From NCBI GenBank assembly GCA_963696365.1, contig CAVOKD010000002.1, positions 294,082 through 358,081 on the forward strand: 64,000 bases of DNA, written 5' to 3'. The notes below the pieces were generated by a model, which was not told where the DNA came from, ran no database searches, and worked only from the letters and a program-made list of their open reading frames with translations. The DNA comes from an uncultured Actinomycetes bacterium. GTDB taxonomy: Bacteria; Actinomycetota; Thermoleophilia; Gaiellales; Gaiellaceae. Positions 54,376 to 64,000 of this stretch are shown here, in pieces (positions within the stretch are counted from its first letter, which is position 1; the number at the start of each line of letters is the position of its first letter). Position numbers and translations under genes: made by a program.

Positions 54376-56160
54376 ATGGGGTTGAGCGTCAGGCTGTTGG
54401 GGCCGCCCGCCCTGGAGCGGGGCGGCCTTCCGGTCGATCCGCCGCGCGGTCACAAGGCGTGGGGGCTCCTCGCCTACCTCGTCCGCAGCCGCGTCCCCCC
54501 GTCGCGCGAGCATCTCGCGGGCCTGCTCTTCCCGGAGGCGGACGATCCGCTCGGGGCGCTCCGCTGGACGCTCTCGGCGCTTCGCCGCCGGCTCGGCGAG
54601 CACGCCGAGCTCGAGGGCGATCCGGTACGGCTGACGCTCCCGCCGGGGACGTTCGTCGACGTCGACGTCCTCGCGCGCGGGTCATGGGTGGAGGCGGTCA
54701 CGCTTCCCGGGCTCGGGCACGAGCTCCTCGAGGGCCTGGTCTTCCGCTCGAGCCCCGGCTTCGAGCTCTGGCTGGAAGACGAGCGCCGCCACGTCGAGGG
54801 GACGACGAGCGCGGTGCTCCACCAGGCGGCGCTCGCGCGGCTCGGCCGCGGCGAGGCGGTCGAAGCGGCAGGGCACGCGACGGACCTCGTGCGGCTGAAC
54901 CCGTACGACGAGAACGCGCACGTCCTGCTCGTCCGCTGTCTGCGCGCGGCCGGCGACGTCGGGGCGGCGTCGCGCCACGTCGAGGTCGCGACCGAGCTCT
55001 TCCGGCGCGAGCTGGGCCGCGAGCCCACGCCGGCGCTGCGCACTGCTGCCGAGGCATCCGAGGCGCCGCCCGAGCCGCGCGTCTCGGGACGCGCGTCGGT
55101 GCTGGCGCAGCTCGAGGCAGGCAAGGCGGCGCTCGGAGCGGGCGCGGTGGACTCGGGCCTCCAGCGGATGCGGAGCGCGGTCGCGGCCGCGCGGAACTGC
55201 CGACGACCCCGAGCTTCTCGCGGGCGCGCTGGTCGGGCTCGGCGGCGCGCTCGTCCACTCGGCGCGCGGGACGGACGAGGAGGGCGCGGCGGCGCTCCAC
55301 GAGGGGACGACGCTGGCGGAGCGACGGGGCTCGACGCCATCGCGGCGACCGGCTGGCGCGAGATCAGCTGGGTGCAGTTCCTACGTGCGCACTACGAGCG
55401 GGCCGAGGAGTCGGTCGCGCGGACGCGCCGAGCTCGGCGCCGCGATCGACGCGGAGCTGGCCTGGGCGGAGCTGATCCACGGCGCCTGCCGCCACGACCT
55501 CGGCGACTACGCGGCGGCGGGCGAGCTGCTGCCGTCGGCGCTCGAGCGGGCGCAGCGGCTCGGCACCGGCCCAGCCGCTCGGCCAGGCGCTCACGCTGCT
55601 CGGCCGCTTCCACCTGATGCGCGGCGAGATCGAGGACGCGCTCCACCTGCTCGACCAGGCGCTCGACGAGGCCGAGGTCCGCGGGATGACGGCGTTCGTG
55701 CCGTGGCCCGAGTCGTTCCGCGGCGAGCTCGACCTCGTGCTCGGCGACCTCGACGCGGCCGAGGCGCGCTTCGAGCACGCCTTCGCGCTCGGCTGCCAGG
55801 TCGGCGACCCGTGCTGGGAGAGCATCGCGCTGCGTGGCCTCGGGCTCGTCGCCGAGGCGCGCGGGGACGTCGCCCGCGCGCTCGAGCTGCTCGTCGACGC
55901 GCCGAAGCTCTGCCGCCGCCTGCCGGATACGTACCTCTGGATCGAGGCCTACGGGCTCGACGCGCTGTGCTCCGTCGCCGTCGACCACGGCGCCGAGGCG
56001 ACGCCCTCTGGCTCGACGAGCTTGAGGCGATCGCCGCACGGCGCGGCATCCGCGAGCTGCTCCTGCGGGCGACCGTCTACCGCGCGCGGCTGGGGGAGCC
56101 GGGCGCGCTCGCCGCCGCCTTCTCGCTCGCGGCGCAGATCGACAGTCCTGTCGTCGAGCG
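54376..56160 (+). pseudogene. SARP/AfsR-family regulator (OmpR-type winged HTH, BTAD and TPR), about five apparent frameshifts; 3' end uncertain
   Basis: ATG 54376: MGLSVRLLGPPALERGGLPVDPPRGHKAWGLLAYL...RWTLSALRRRLG...LVRLNPYDENAHVLLVRCLRAAGDVGAASRHVEVATELFRRELGREP. The TPR pieces lie in three frames (track ORFs 54268.., 55385.., 55617..). Joins are at about 55190-55199, 55330-55340, 55425-55432, 55565-55572 and 55995-56003. Confidence 0.65.
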
Positions 56161-58584
56161 GGCTGCTCGAGCCGCTGGTCGGCGGTCAGGCCGGCGGCGG
56201 CGAGCGCGTAGGCGACGGCCTCGTCGAAGTCGAGCGCGCGTCCCGCCTCGCGCGCGTCGGCGGGGACGTCCGGCGGCGGCACGTCCGTGCGGGCCGGCCT
56301 GCGGCCGCGGGTCTCGCGGAGGCGCTCGGCCGCGCCGAGGAGCCGGCCGGCGCGCTCGGGATCTCCGGCCGCGGCGAGTCGGGCGAGCCCGTCGAGCGCG
56401 TCCGCGACGCCGCCCCCGTCGCCGAGCGCCGCGAACGAGCGGAGTGCCTCCTCGAAGCGGACGCGGGCCTCGTCGCATCGTCGCCCGGCGGCGGCGATCT
56501 CGCCGAGGATCTCCAGGCCGCACGCGTGGTTGAACGAGCCCTCGTCGAACCCTGCGAGCGCGGCTTCGCCCCTGGGTCACGGCCTCGCGCGAGGTCGCCG
56601 TCCCGCAGCGCGAGCTCGGCGAAGCAGAGCGCCGCGCGCGCCCCTGCGCCGGCGGCCGCGCTCTCCTCGGCGTAGCGGCGGGCGCGCGGCGAAGTCGTCG
56701 CGGTCGAGCGCGATCTCGGCGAGGTCGGCGAGCGTCGCCGCCCGCCAGTTCGGCCGCTGGAGCTCGCCCTGCACGGACGCGAGCTCCTCCTTCAGCTCGA
56801 TCGCGCGGTCGAGGTCGCCGCCGAAGCGCGCGATCTCACCGGCGCCGACGAGCGCCTCGGCCAGCCCGCGCTCGGAGAGCCGTCGCGCGCGGCGAGCGTC
56901 GCCTCGGCCCACTCGCGCACCTCGCCCAGATGGCCGTGGGAGATGAGGAACGGATAGATCGCGCCGAGGATGCGGCCCACGTCGTCCGGCTGCCCGGCGT
57001 CGAGCGCGTAGCCGACCGCGGCGCGCACGTTCGCGTAGTCGGGCGCCAGCCGCGCGGAGACGGCGCTCTCCTGCGCGGAGTGCAGGTCGCGGGCGCTCGC
57101 CTCGGCCAGGGCGACGATCCAGGCGCGATGCCTGCGCCGGAGCGGCGCAGCCTCCGCCGGCTCGAGCCGCTCGCCGGCGTACTCGCCGATCGTCTCGAGC
57201 ATCCAGTAGCGCTCGCGCGTGAAGCGGACGAGGCTCTTCTCGACGAGCGACTGGAGCGTGTCGAGGTCGGCGTCGCACACCTGCCTCGGCTGCGTCGAGC
57301 GAGCAGCCGCCCGCGAACACCGAGAGCCGGCGGAAGAGCAGCCGCTCGTCCTCCGAGAGCAGGTCGTACGACCACTCGATCGTCGCGCGCAGCGTCTGCT
57401 GGCGCGGGTCGGCGTCGCGGCCGCCCTGGAGGAGGTCGAGACGCTGGCCAAGCCGCTCGAGGATCTGTCCGGGCGCGAGCGCCTTCGCGCGGGCCGCGGC
57501 CAGCTCCACCGCGAGCGGCAGGTTGTCGAGGCGGCGGCAGAGCTCGGCGACCTCGTCGGTCGGCTCGAGCGAGGCGCGGGCGCAGAAGAGCGCGACCGCC
57601 TCGGCGCCGGCGAGCGGCGGCACCGGGTACTCGACCTCGCCCTGCACGCGCAGGAGCTCGCGTGACGTGACGAGCAGCGAGAGGTTCGGGCAGGCGGCGA
57701 GCAGCGCGGCGACGTCCGGCGACGCGTCGATCACCTGCTCGAAGTTGTCGACGAGGAGGAGCAGCTCGCGCTCGCCGATGTGCTCGGCGAGCCCGTTCCG
57801 CGCGCCGAGCGTCCGGGCGATCGTGTCCGTACGAGCGCGTGGTCGCGGAGCGGCGCGAGGTCGATCCAGAAGACCCCGGCGGCGAACGACGGGACGAGCG
57901 ACGCCGCCGCCTCGATCGCGACGCGCGTCTTGCCCGAGCCGCCCGGGCCGGTGAGCGTGACGAGGCGCGCGCCGTCCTCGATCCGGCGCCGAGAGCTCGG
58001 CCAGCTCCCGCTCGCGGCCGACGAACGAGCTCGCCGGGCGCGGGAGGTTCGTGTTCGAGATCGTCTTGAGCGGCGGGAAGCGCGCGTCGCCGAGCTGGAG
58101 GATCGCCACCGGCTCGGCGAGGTCCTTGAGCCGGTGCTCGCCCAGGTCGGTGAGCGGCCGCTCGACGAGCCCGGCCGTCGCGGCTGTGAGGATCGTCTGG
58201 CCGCCGTGCGCCGCCGCCGCGACGCGGGCGGCCGTGTGCACGTCCTCGCCGACGTAGCCCTCGGCGCGTCAGGAGCGGATGGCCGGTGTGGAGTCCGGCG
58301 CGGACGCGGATCGGGCCGTCGGCGAGCGCCTCGGTCAGCGCCTCCGCCGCGGCGACGGCGCCCGGCGCGGTCGGGAACGCGACGAAGAACCCGTCGCCCT
58401 GCGTGTCCACCTCGACCCCGCCGTTCGCGGCGCACGCCGCGCGGATCAGGCGCCGGTGCTCCGCGAGCGCCTCGGCGTAGCGCTCGGCGCCGAGCTCGTG
58501 CAGCAGCCGCGTCGACCCCTCCACGTCCGTGAAGAGGAACGTGACCGTGCCGGTCGGAAGGTCGCCGCCCACGGCAGGGATCAT
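56150..58584 (-). pseudogene. class III adenylate/guanylate cyclase, AAA-type ATPase and TPR multidomain regulator; about seven apparent frameshifts; 3' end uncertain
   Basis: MIPAVGGDLPTGTVTFLFTDVEGSTRLL...DTQGDGFFVAF.. ; EGYVGEDVHTAARV.. ; VTLTGPGGSGKTRVAIEAA ; LLLLVDNFEQV ; LDNLPLAVELAAAR ; TPR-like repeats, then ..LDFDEAVAYAL. The pieces are spread over track ORFs 56836..58623, 56577..58241, 57731..59176, 56792..57451 and 55392..56282. Confidence 0.65.
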
Positions 58585-58613
58585 GACCGCGAGCGGCGTA
58601 TGCTCGGTGTCCC

Positions 58614-61600
58614 ATGAGGACATGTCCGTCGTGCGGCGCCGACGTGCCCGAGGGATCCCGGTTCTGCCCTTCCTGCGGAACGGCGCTGGGCGGGCCCGCG
58701 GGGCCGGACGAGATGCTGAAGCTCGTGACCGTGCTCTTCGCGGACGTGGTCGGCTCGACCGCGCGCGCGGAGTCGCTCCATCCCGAGGACGTCCGCGCCC
58801 TGATGGCGGACTTCTTCACGCGCGATGTCGCGAGGAGATCGAGGCCGAGGGCGGCACGATCGAGAAGTTCGTCGGCGACGCGATCATGGCCGTCTTCGGC
58901 GTGCCGGTCGCCCACGAGGACGACGCCGTGCGGGCGGTGCGCGCCGCGCGGCGGATGCTCGACCGACTGGAGCGCTGGAACGAGGCGTACGACGCCGACC
59001 GACGGCTCCAGATCCGCATCGGACTCAACACCGGGGAGGTATTGGCGGCCGGCGACGCAGGAGACGAGCTGCTCGTGACCGGCGACGCGGTCAACGTGGC
59101 CGCACGCCTCCAGCAGGTCGCCGAGCCCGGGACGATCGTCGTCGGCGAGCGCACGGCGCGTGCCGCCCGCTCGCACTTCGAGCTCGCGCGCGCTCGGCGA
59201 GCCGCTCGACCTGAAGGGGAAGTCCGAGCCCGTGTCCCGCTTGGTTCGTAGGCGGCGACCGGCCCGAGGCGGAGCCGCGCGGCGTCCCCGGGCTCGCCGC
59301 GCCGCTCGTCGGGCGCGACCACGAGCTCGAGTCGCTGCGGACGACCTTCGACCGCGTCCGCCGCGAGCGCCGGCCCGAGCTCGTCACGCTTCTGGGCGAC
59401 GCCGGGATCGGCAAGAGCCGGCTCGTGCGCGAGTTCCTCGCACCGCTCGAGGTGGACGTGCGCGTGCTCGTCGGCCGCTGTCTCGCGTACGGGCAGGGCG
59501 TCACCCTGTGGCCGCTCGGCGAGATGCTCAAGGCGGAGGCGGTCGTGCTCGACACCGACCGGGCGGACGCGGCCTTCGCAAAGATCGAGCAGCTCGCCGA
59601 GACGTGCATCGATCCGAGCCTCGGCGTCGACCGCCCGCGTGTCGCTGCCGCGCTCGCGTCGACGCTCGGGCTTGAGCGCGCCGGTCGACCCGTTCGCCAC
59701 GCTCGATCCCCGCGACGCTATCGCGAGCTCGTCTCGGCGTGGCGCGCGCTTCTCGCCTCGCTCGGCGCATGCGCGGGCCCGTCGTCGCCGTCGTGGAGGA
59801 CCTCCATTGGGCCGACCCGACGATGCTCGAGGTTCTCGACGAGCTCGCCGAGCGTCTCGAGGGCCCGATCCTTTTCCTCTGCACGGCCCGTCCCGACCTC
59901 CTGCGCTCGCGGCCCGACTGGGGCGGCGGGCGGCGAAGCTTCAGCTCGCTGCCGCTCGATCCGCTGACGAGCGCGGAGAGCGCGCTGCTCGTCGCGCTCC
60001 CTGCTCGACGTCGGTGCGCTCTCCGACGACCTGCGCGGCCGGATCCTCGAGCGCTCCGAGGGCAATCCGTTCTTCCTCGAGGAGATCCTTCGGCACCTGA
60101 TCGACGAGGGTCTCCTCGCCCGGGAGGGCGACGAATGGAGCGCCCGCGAAGGGATCGACGAGGTCGAGATCCCGGACACGGTGCAGGCGGTCATCCTCGC
60201 GCGACTCGACCTGCTCTCGGGCGAGGAGAAGCGGGTGGCACAGCGGGCCGCGGTCGTCGGACGGACGTTCTGGGACGGCCCACTGGCGGAGGTCCCGGGC
60301 GTCGAAGACCTCGACGCGGCCCTTCAGACCCTGCGTCGGCGGGAGTTCGTCGTCGAGCGCGTCTCGTCCTCGATCGCGGGGCAGACGGAGTTCACGTTCA
60401 AGCACGTCTTGCTCCACGACGTGGCCTACGAGAGCCTGCCGCGCCGCGACCGGGGGCGCGCGCACGCGGAGGCGGCCGCGTGGATCGAGCGGACGAGCGG
60501 CGAGCGGAGCGGCGAGCTCGCGGAGCTTCTCGCGCACCACTACGACGCGGCGTACGGGTACGTCCCCGACGAGGAGGTTCGCGCCAAGGCCCGCGGGCAG
60601 CTGCTCGCCGCGGCCGGAAACGCACACCGGCGCTTCGCGATCGAGCAGGGAGAGCGCTTCGCGCAGCGGGCGGTGGAGCTGTCCGAGGGGGCCGCCGAGC
60701 GGGTCGAGGCGCTCGAAGCGCTCGGGGATCTCCAGTACATCGCGTTCCACGGGGACGCCGCCTGGAGGACGTACTGCGACGCGCTCCGCGAGATGGACGA
60801 CCGGGACCTCGCCTACGCGCGCGCGGCCGGCAAGGCGGCGCTCCTCGGCGGCGCGCTGGATCGGGACCATGCACGACCTGCCGTCGACCGACGAGGTCGG
60901 CCGCGTGATCGACGCAGGTCTCGAAGGGGCTCCGGAGTCCGGTCCCGAACGCACGATCCTCCTGGTCGACCGCGGGTTCCTGCTCCACCAGCGCGAGCAC
61001 CGTCGCGACGAGGAGACCGAGGCCGCGGTGCGCGACGCCGTCGCGGCCGCCGAGGAGCTCGGCGACCCGAACCTCCTCTCGGGCGCGCTCGACCTCCTCC
61101 AGAGCTGGGACACGGACCGCGGCCGGTACGGCGCCGGCTACCGCACGAACGACCGGCGGGTCGAGCTCGTTCCCCGCATGACCGACGTGAAGGAGATCGG
61201 CGACATCTACGCCGTCGCCGCCTGGATCGCGCAGCACCTCGGCCGTTACCGCGAGGCCGAGGCGCATGCGACCGCGTGCATCGACCGCTCGCGCGACGCC
61301 GACTCGGGCTCGTACCTCCACGGGCTCGTCTGGCGCGTGATCGCGCGCTACATGCTCGGTGACTGGGACGCGGCGATGGCCGACCAGGCGGAGGTCGAAC
61401 GCGTGGCGGCGCGAGGACCCGCGCGACCTGCCGGCCGGGTACACGGTGCGGGCCTACGCGTTCGCTGCGCTCTGTCACGAGCTCCGCGGCGAGTCGGAGA
61501 TCGCGGACGGATACATCGAGCTGACGCAGCGGTACTTCGTGCAGCGGCGCGGCGTCTACGCCCAGGGCTCGCTCCAGGCACCGCCGCTCGCGCTCACGCT

Positions 61601-62066
61601 TGCGCGGCGCGGACGCTGGGAGGAGGCAATCGACGCCATCCCGTTCGTGCCGCGCTCGGGCAGCGCCGGGGTCACGCTCGAGGCGCTCTGCGAGATCACC
61701 GCCGCGCGGGAGCGGTGGGAGGACGTGCCGGACCTCGCTGCCAAGGCGCGGGACGAGGTGGAGGTCGGCGAGCAGGTGGCGCTACCGCTGTTCGTCGACC
61801 GCCTCGAGGGCCGAGCGGCGGCCGCTTCCGGCGACGTGGCGAGCGCCGTGCGTCTGCTCGAGCGATCGGCCGCCGGGTTCGCGGCGCTCGGCGCCCGTTG
61901 GGAGGAGGCCTGGTCGCGGCTCCTCCTCGCCGAGACGCTCGCCGCCGACGATCCCGGGCGTGTCGAGGCCGAGCTCGCCGTGGCGCTCCCGGTGTTCGAG
62001 CGGCTCGGCTCCGTGCGGGAGACGGAGCGGGCGCTCCAACTGCGCGGGCGGATCGCGGTCTCGTAG
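58614..62066 (+). pseudogene. zinc-ribbon, class III adenylate/guanylate cyclase, AAA-type ATPase and TPR multidomain regulator; about ten apparent frameshifts
   Basis: MRTCPSCGADVPEGSRFCPSCG..LKLVTVLFADVVGSTA.. ; GGTIEKFVGDAIMAVFG..IGLNTGEVL..GDAVNVAARL ; VTLLGDAGIGKSRLVREF ; VVAVVEDLHWADPTMLEVL ; SEGNPFFLEEILRHL ; TFKHVLLHDVAY ; TPR tail, to the stop at 62066. The pieces are in track ORFs 58614.., 58529.., 59425.., 59739.., 60181.. and 61359..62066. Confidence 0.65.
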
Positions 62067-62122
62067 CGCGTCGCGGCGGCTGCCTCCGACGCGCGGGCCG
62101 TCCGAACGGCACCATCCCGGGC

Positions 62123-63878
62123 ATGCGGATCTCGCCCGGACTCGGCCGCGCGGCGGTGCTCGTCGGCGTCGCGATCGCCTTCGCGGACGCGTCGATCGTC
62201 GTCCTGGCCGTGCCGGAGGTGATCAACCAGCTCGACGTCAGCGTCGCCGCTTCCTCCTGGGTGATCACCGCGTACAACGTCGCGGTCGTCGTCGCCGGGG
62301 CGCTGCTGATCCCCGCGGTCGGCCGCTTCGCGCCCCGCCGGCTCGCCGCCGTCGGCTTCGCGGCGTTCGCGCTCGCGGCGCTCGGCTGCGCTGCCGCGCC
62401 GTCGTTCGGCGTCCTCGTCGGCTTCCGCACGGTCCAGGGGCTGGCGGCCGCGCTCGTGCTCGTCTCCGCGCTGCCGCTGCTCGGCGGGAGGACCGGCGTT
62501 CGGGCGTGGACGCTCGCCGCGACGATCGGGCTCGCGGCCGGCCCGGCGCTCGGCGGCCTCCTGACGGAGCTCTTCTCGTGGCGGGCGATTTTCGCCGTCC
62601 AGGCGCCGGTCGCGGCGCTTGGCCTGCTCGCGCTCCTCCGGCTCGCGGCCGGCGAGCGCGCGGCCCCGGGCGGCAAGCGGCCCCGGACGTCGTGGCTCGC
62701 GGACGCCTGCCTGGCCGCGCTCAGCGCCGCGCTCGTCGGCGCGCTCTTCCTCGTCGTGCTGCTCCTGATCAGCGGGTTCGGCTGGCAGCCGTTCCCGGCG
62801 GCGCTCGTCGCGACGACGCTGCCGGTCCTGGCGCTCGCCGCCGACCGGCTCGGCCGCGGGATGGCGACGGGAGCGGCCGTCACTGGCGGCGCGCTGCTCG
62901 TCGCGTGCGGCCTCGTCGTGCTCGGGTTCCTGCCCGGGCCGGAGACGGCGCTCGTGGTCGCCGGTCTCGCCTTGTGCGGAGCGGGGCTCGGGCTGGCCTC
63001 GCAGCCGCTCGGCCTGCTCGCCCTCGACGGCCCGTCGCTCCCACATGACGCGGCCTGGACGGTCGTCGCTCGCCACGTCGGCCTCGTGCTCGCGCTCGCC
63101 GCGGTGACGCCGGTGCTCGTCTCGTCGCTCGACCAGCTCGAGAACGACGCGGAGGCGGTCGGCGGCGAGGTCGTGCTCCGCGCTCCGCTCCCGCTCCAGG
63201 AGAAGGTGCCGCTGCTCCTCGAGCTCGCCGACGTGGCGGACACGGCCGAGGTCGGCCTGCCCGACATCGACGAGACCTTCGCGCAGCACGAGAGCGGCAA
63301 CGGCGCCGCGACCGCCGTCGGCGAGCGCCTGAACGCCACGCTCAAGGAGCTGATCGCCCACTCGTTCCGGCCGGCGTTCCTCCTCTGCGCGGCGTTCGGG
63401 CTCGTTGCCGCGGCGCTCGGGCTCGCCCTCGGCCCGGTGCGGAGGCGGGCGAGGGCGCCGGCGCTGGCGCTCCTGGGCGCGGCCGTCGTCGTCGCGGTCG
63501 TCGCCGTCGCGGCGGACTTCAACCGGGGCGCGCTCGACGACCCGGCCGCGGTCGCGGATCCCTGCCGGCCGACGCCGCCCTTCCGCGGGGAGGGAGTCGA
63601 CGCGACCATTCAGCGGGTCGCGCTGGGCGCGCTCGGCGACGCCGCCTGCGAGCTGGACACGAGCCGGGTCGCGCTGCTCCGCGGCCTCACCGGCGACGGG
63701 CCCTCGCCCTGGCCCTCGAAGGAGCTAGAGGCGGCCGTCCGCACCGGCGTCGTCGACACGATCGACCGCGAGCGCGAGCGCGGCACGATCGACGGAACGC
63801 TCGCGCTCTTCCTGCGCACGCTCGTCGCCGCCGCGCCGCTCGACTGGATCCGCGAGGCGCTCGAGGGCCTGCAGCTGA
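62123..63878 (+). CDS. MFS-like (DHA2-type N-half) membrane protein with a long C-terminal extension; 3' end uncertain
   Basis: Absent from the ORF track because its frame has no stop before the window end. My read from ATG 62123 gives MRISPGLGRAAVLVGVAIAFADASIVVLAVPEVINQLDVSVAASSWVITAYNVAVV...FRTVQGLAAAL... and many TM segments. A TGA at 63876..63878 lies in a neighbouring frame, just before the next promoter. Confidence 0.6.
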
Positions 63879-63881
63879 CGC

Positions 63882-63926
63882 TTGACATATCGACGACTAT
63901 CGTTACGATAGACGTCGATATGTCAA
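63882..63926. promoter_or_regulatory. 45-bp near-perfect palindrome spanning the promoter and start codon of the downstream arsR-family gene
   Basis: TTGACATATCGACGACTATCGTTACGATAGACGTCGATATGTCAA: 21 of 22 positions pair around a central T. TTGACA (63882..63887) is a consensus -35 hexamer. TACGAT (63904..63909) is a TANNNT-type -10. The ATG at 63920 lies inside the right arm. Confidence 0.65.
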
Positions 63927-64000
63927 CGCTCGACCTGGCCTGCTGCACGCCCCTCGCCGCGCCCGCTCTCTCCGACGAGCAGGCCGAAGCGACTGCGACG
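63920..64000 (+). CDS. ArsR/SmtB-family metal-sensing regulator, N-terminal fragment (runs off the window)
   Basis: My read: MSTLDLACCTPLAAPALSDEQAEATAT... The CC pair plus xPL...L..E.AE pattern is typical of the N-termini of actinobacterial ArsR-type sensors, just before the FKALADP helix. Confidence 0.55.
   Translation, partial: MSTLDLACCTPLAAPALSDEQAEATAT

Noticed and set aside
1-64000. Massive real pseudogenisation (reductive evolution) as the explanation for the frame breaks
   Set aside because: This is a tentative rejection. All disruptions are 1-nt frame changes. I found no in-frame nonsense codons or internal deletions, catalytic motifs remain intact, and GC3 is undiminished. That pattern fits consensus indel errors better than long-term decay. 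It needs read-level confirmation.
1-64000. tRNA, rRNA, CRISPR arrays, transposases, integrases, phage genes
   Set aside because: Reading the intergenic regions and the ORF translations, I saw none of the following: T-arm-like GGTTCGAATCC-type motifs, regularly spaced repeats, DDE or tyrosine-recombinase motifs, or phage structural proteins. This was a visual check only. A covariance-model or HMM scan would be decisive.

Overview
The window is a very GC-rich chromosome segment of actinobacterial type (GC judged by eye, not computed). I found no rRNA, tRNA, CRISPR array, transposase or integrase.

Gene content, left to right:
- 1-2.6 kb: a partial DEAD/DEAH helicase and an XRE-HTH+TPR regulator. 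The GC-poor spacer beside them holds a divergent 27-codon hydrophobic ORF.
- 3.8-6.0 kb: a two-gene operon of a multicopper oxidase and a ZIP-family metal transporter, with palindromes over its start codon.
- 6.0-10.7 kb: lipid and cell-wall genes (PLD-like, VOC, DAG-kinase-like, DUF192, LAS/M15-like peptidase).
- 11.0-20.1 kb: a complete secretin-less Tad/Flp pilus locus in the order flp, tadE-like, tadG-like, cpaB, cpaE/tadZ, cpaF/tadA, tadB, tadC, tadG-vWA. Its TadB is fused to a secreted vWA domain.
- 20.2-24.4 kb: a coiled-coil / DUF1800 / DUF1501 operon.
- 26.3-43.6 kb: a large amine/polyamine and acyl-CoA catabolic neighbourhood. It holds three different flavin amine oxidoreductases, a class-III ADH plus MBL hydrolase pair, a Rieske oxygenase, an acyl-CoA dehydrogenase, a thioesterase, an ADP-forming acyl-CoA synthetase and a PotABCD-like ABC importer.
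- 43.6-50.8 kb: envelope proteins (DUF1361, lamin-tail-domain protein, sulfatase-like protein, M48 protease fusion).
- 51-54.3 kb: small metabolic and stress genes, including an ArsR-SRPBCC pair.
- 54.4-62.1 kb: a regulator block with one SARP and two divergent adenylate-cyclase-AAA-TPR genes.
- 62.1-64.0 kb: an MFS-like protein, then a second ArsR gene behind a 45-bp near-perfect palindrome.

The dominant technical observation is about 60 or more apparent single-nucleotide frameshifts. They occur in patches. Some blocks, such as the 7.5-kb Tad core and the ABC transporter genes, have none. Others have 2-10 per kb. I call the disrupted genes pseudogenes as the sequence stands, but sequencing or consensus error is the likelier cause.

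Most long Arg/Gly/Pro-rich ORFs in the track are off-frame or antisense shadows of real genes. All product calls come from motifs I read in the translations. No database search was run.
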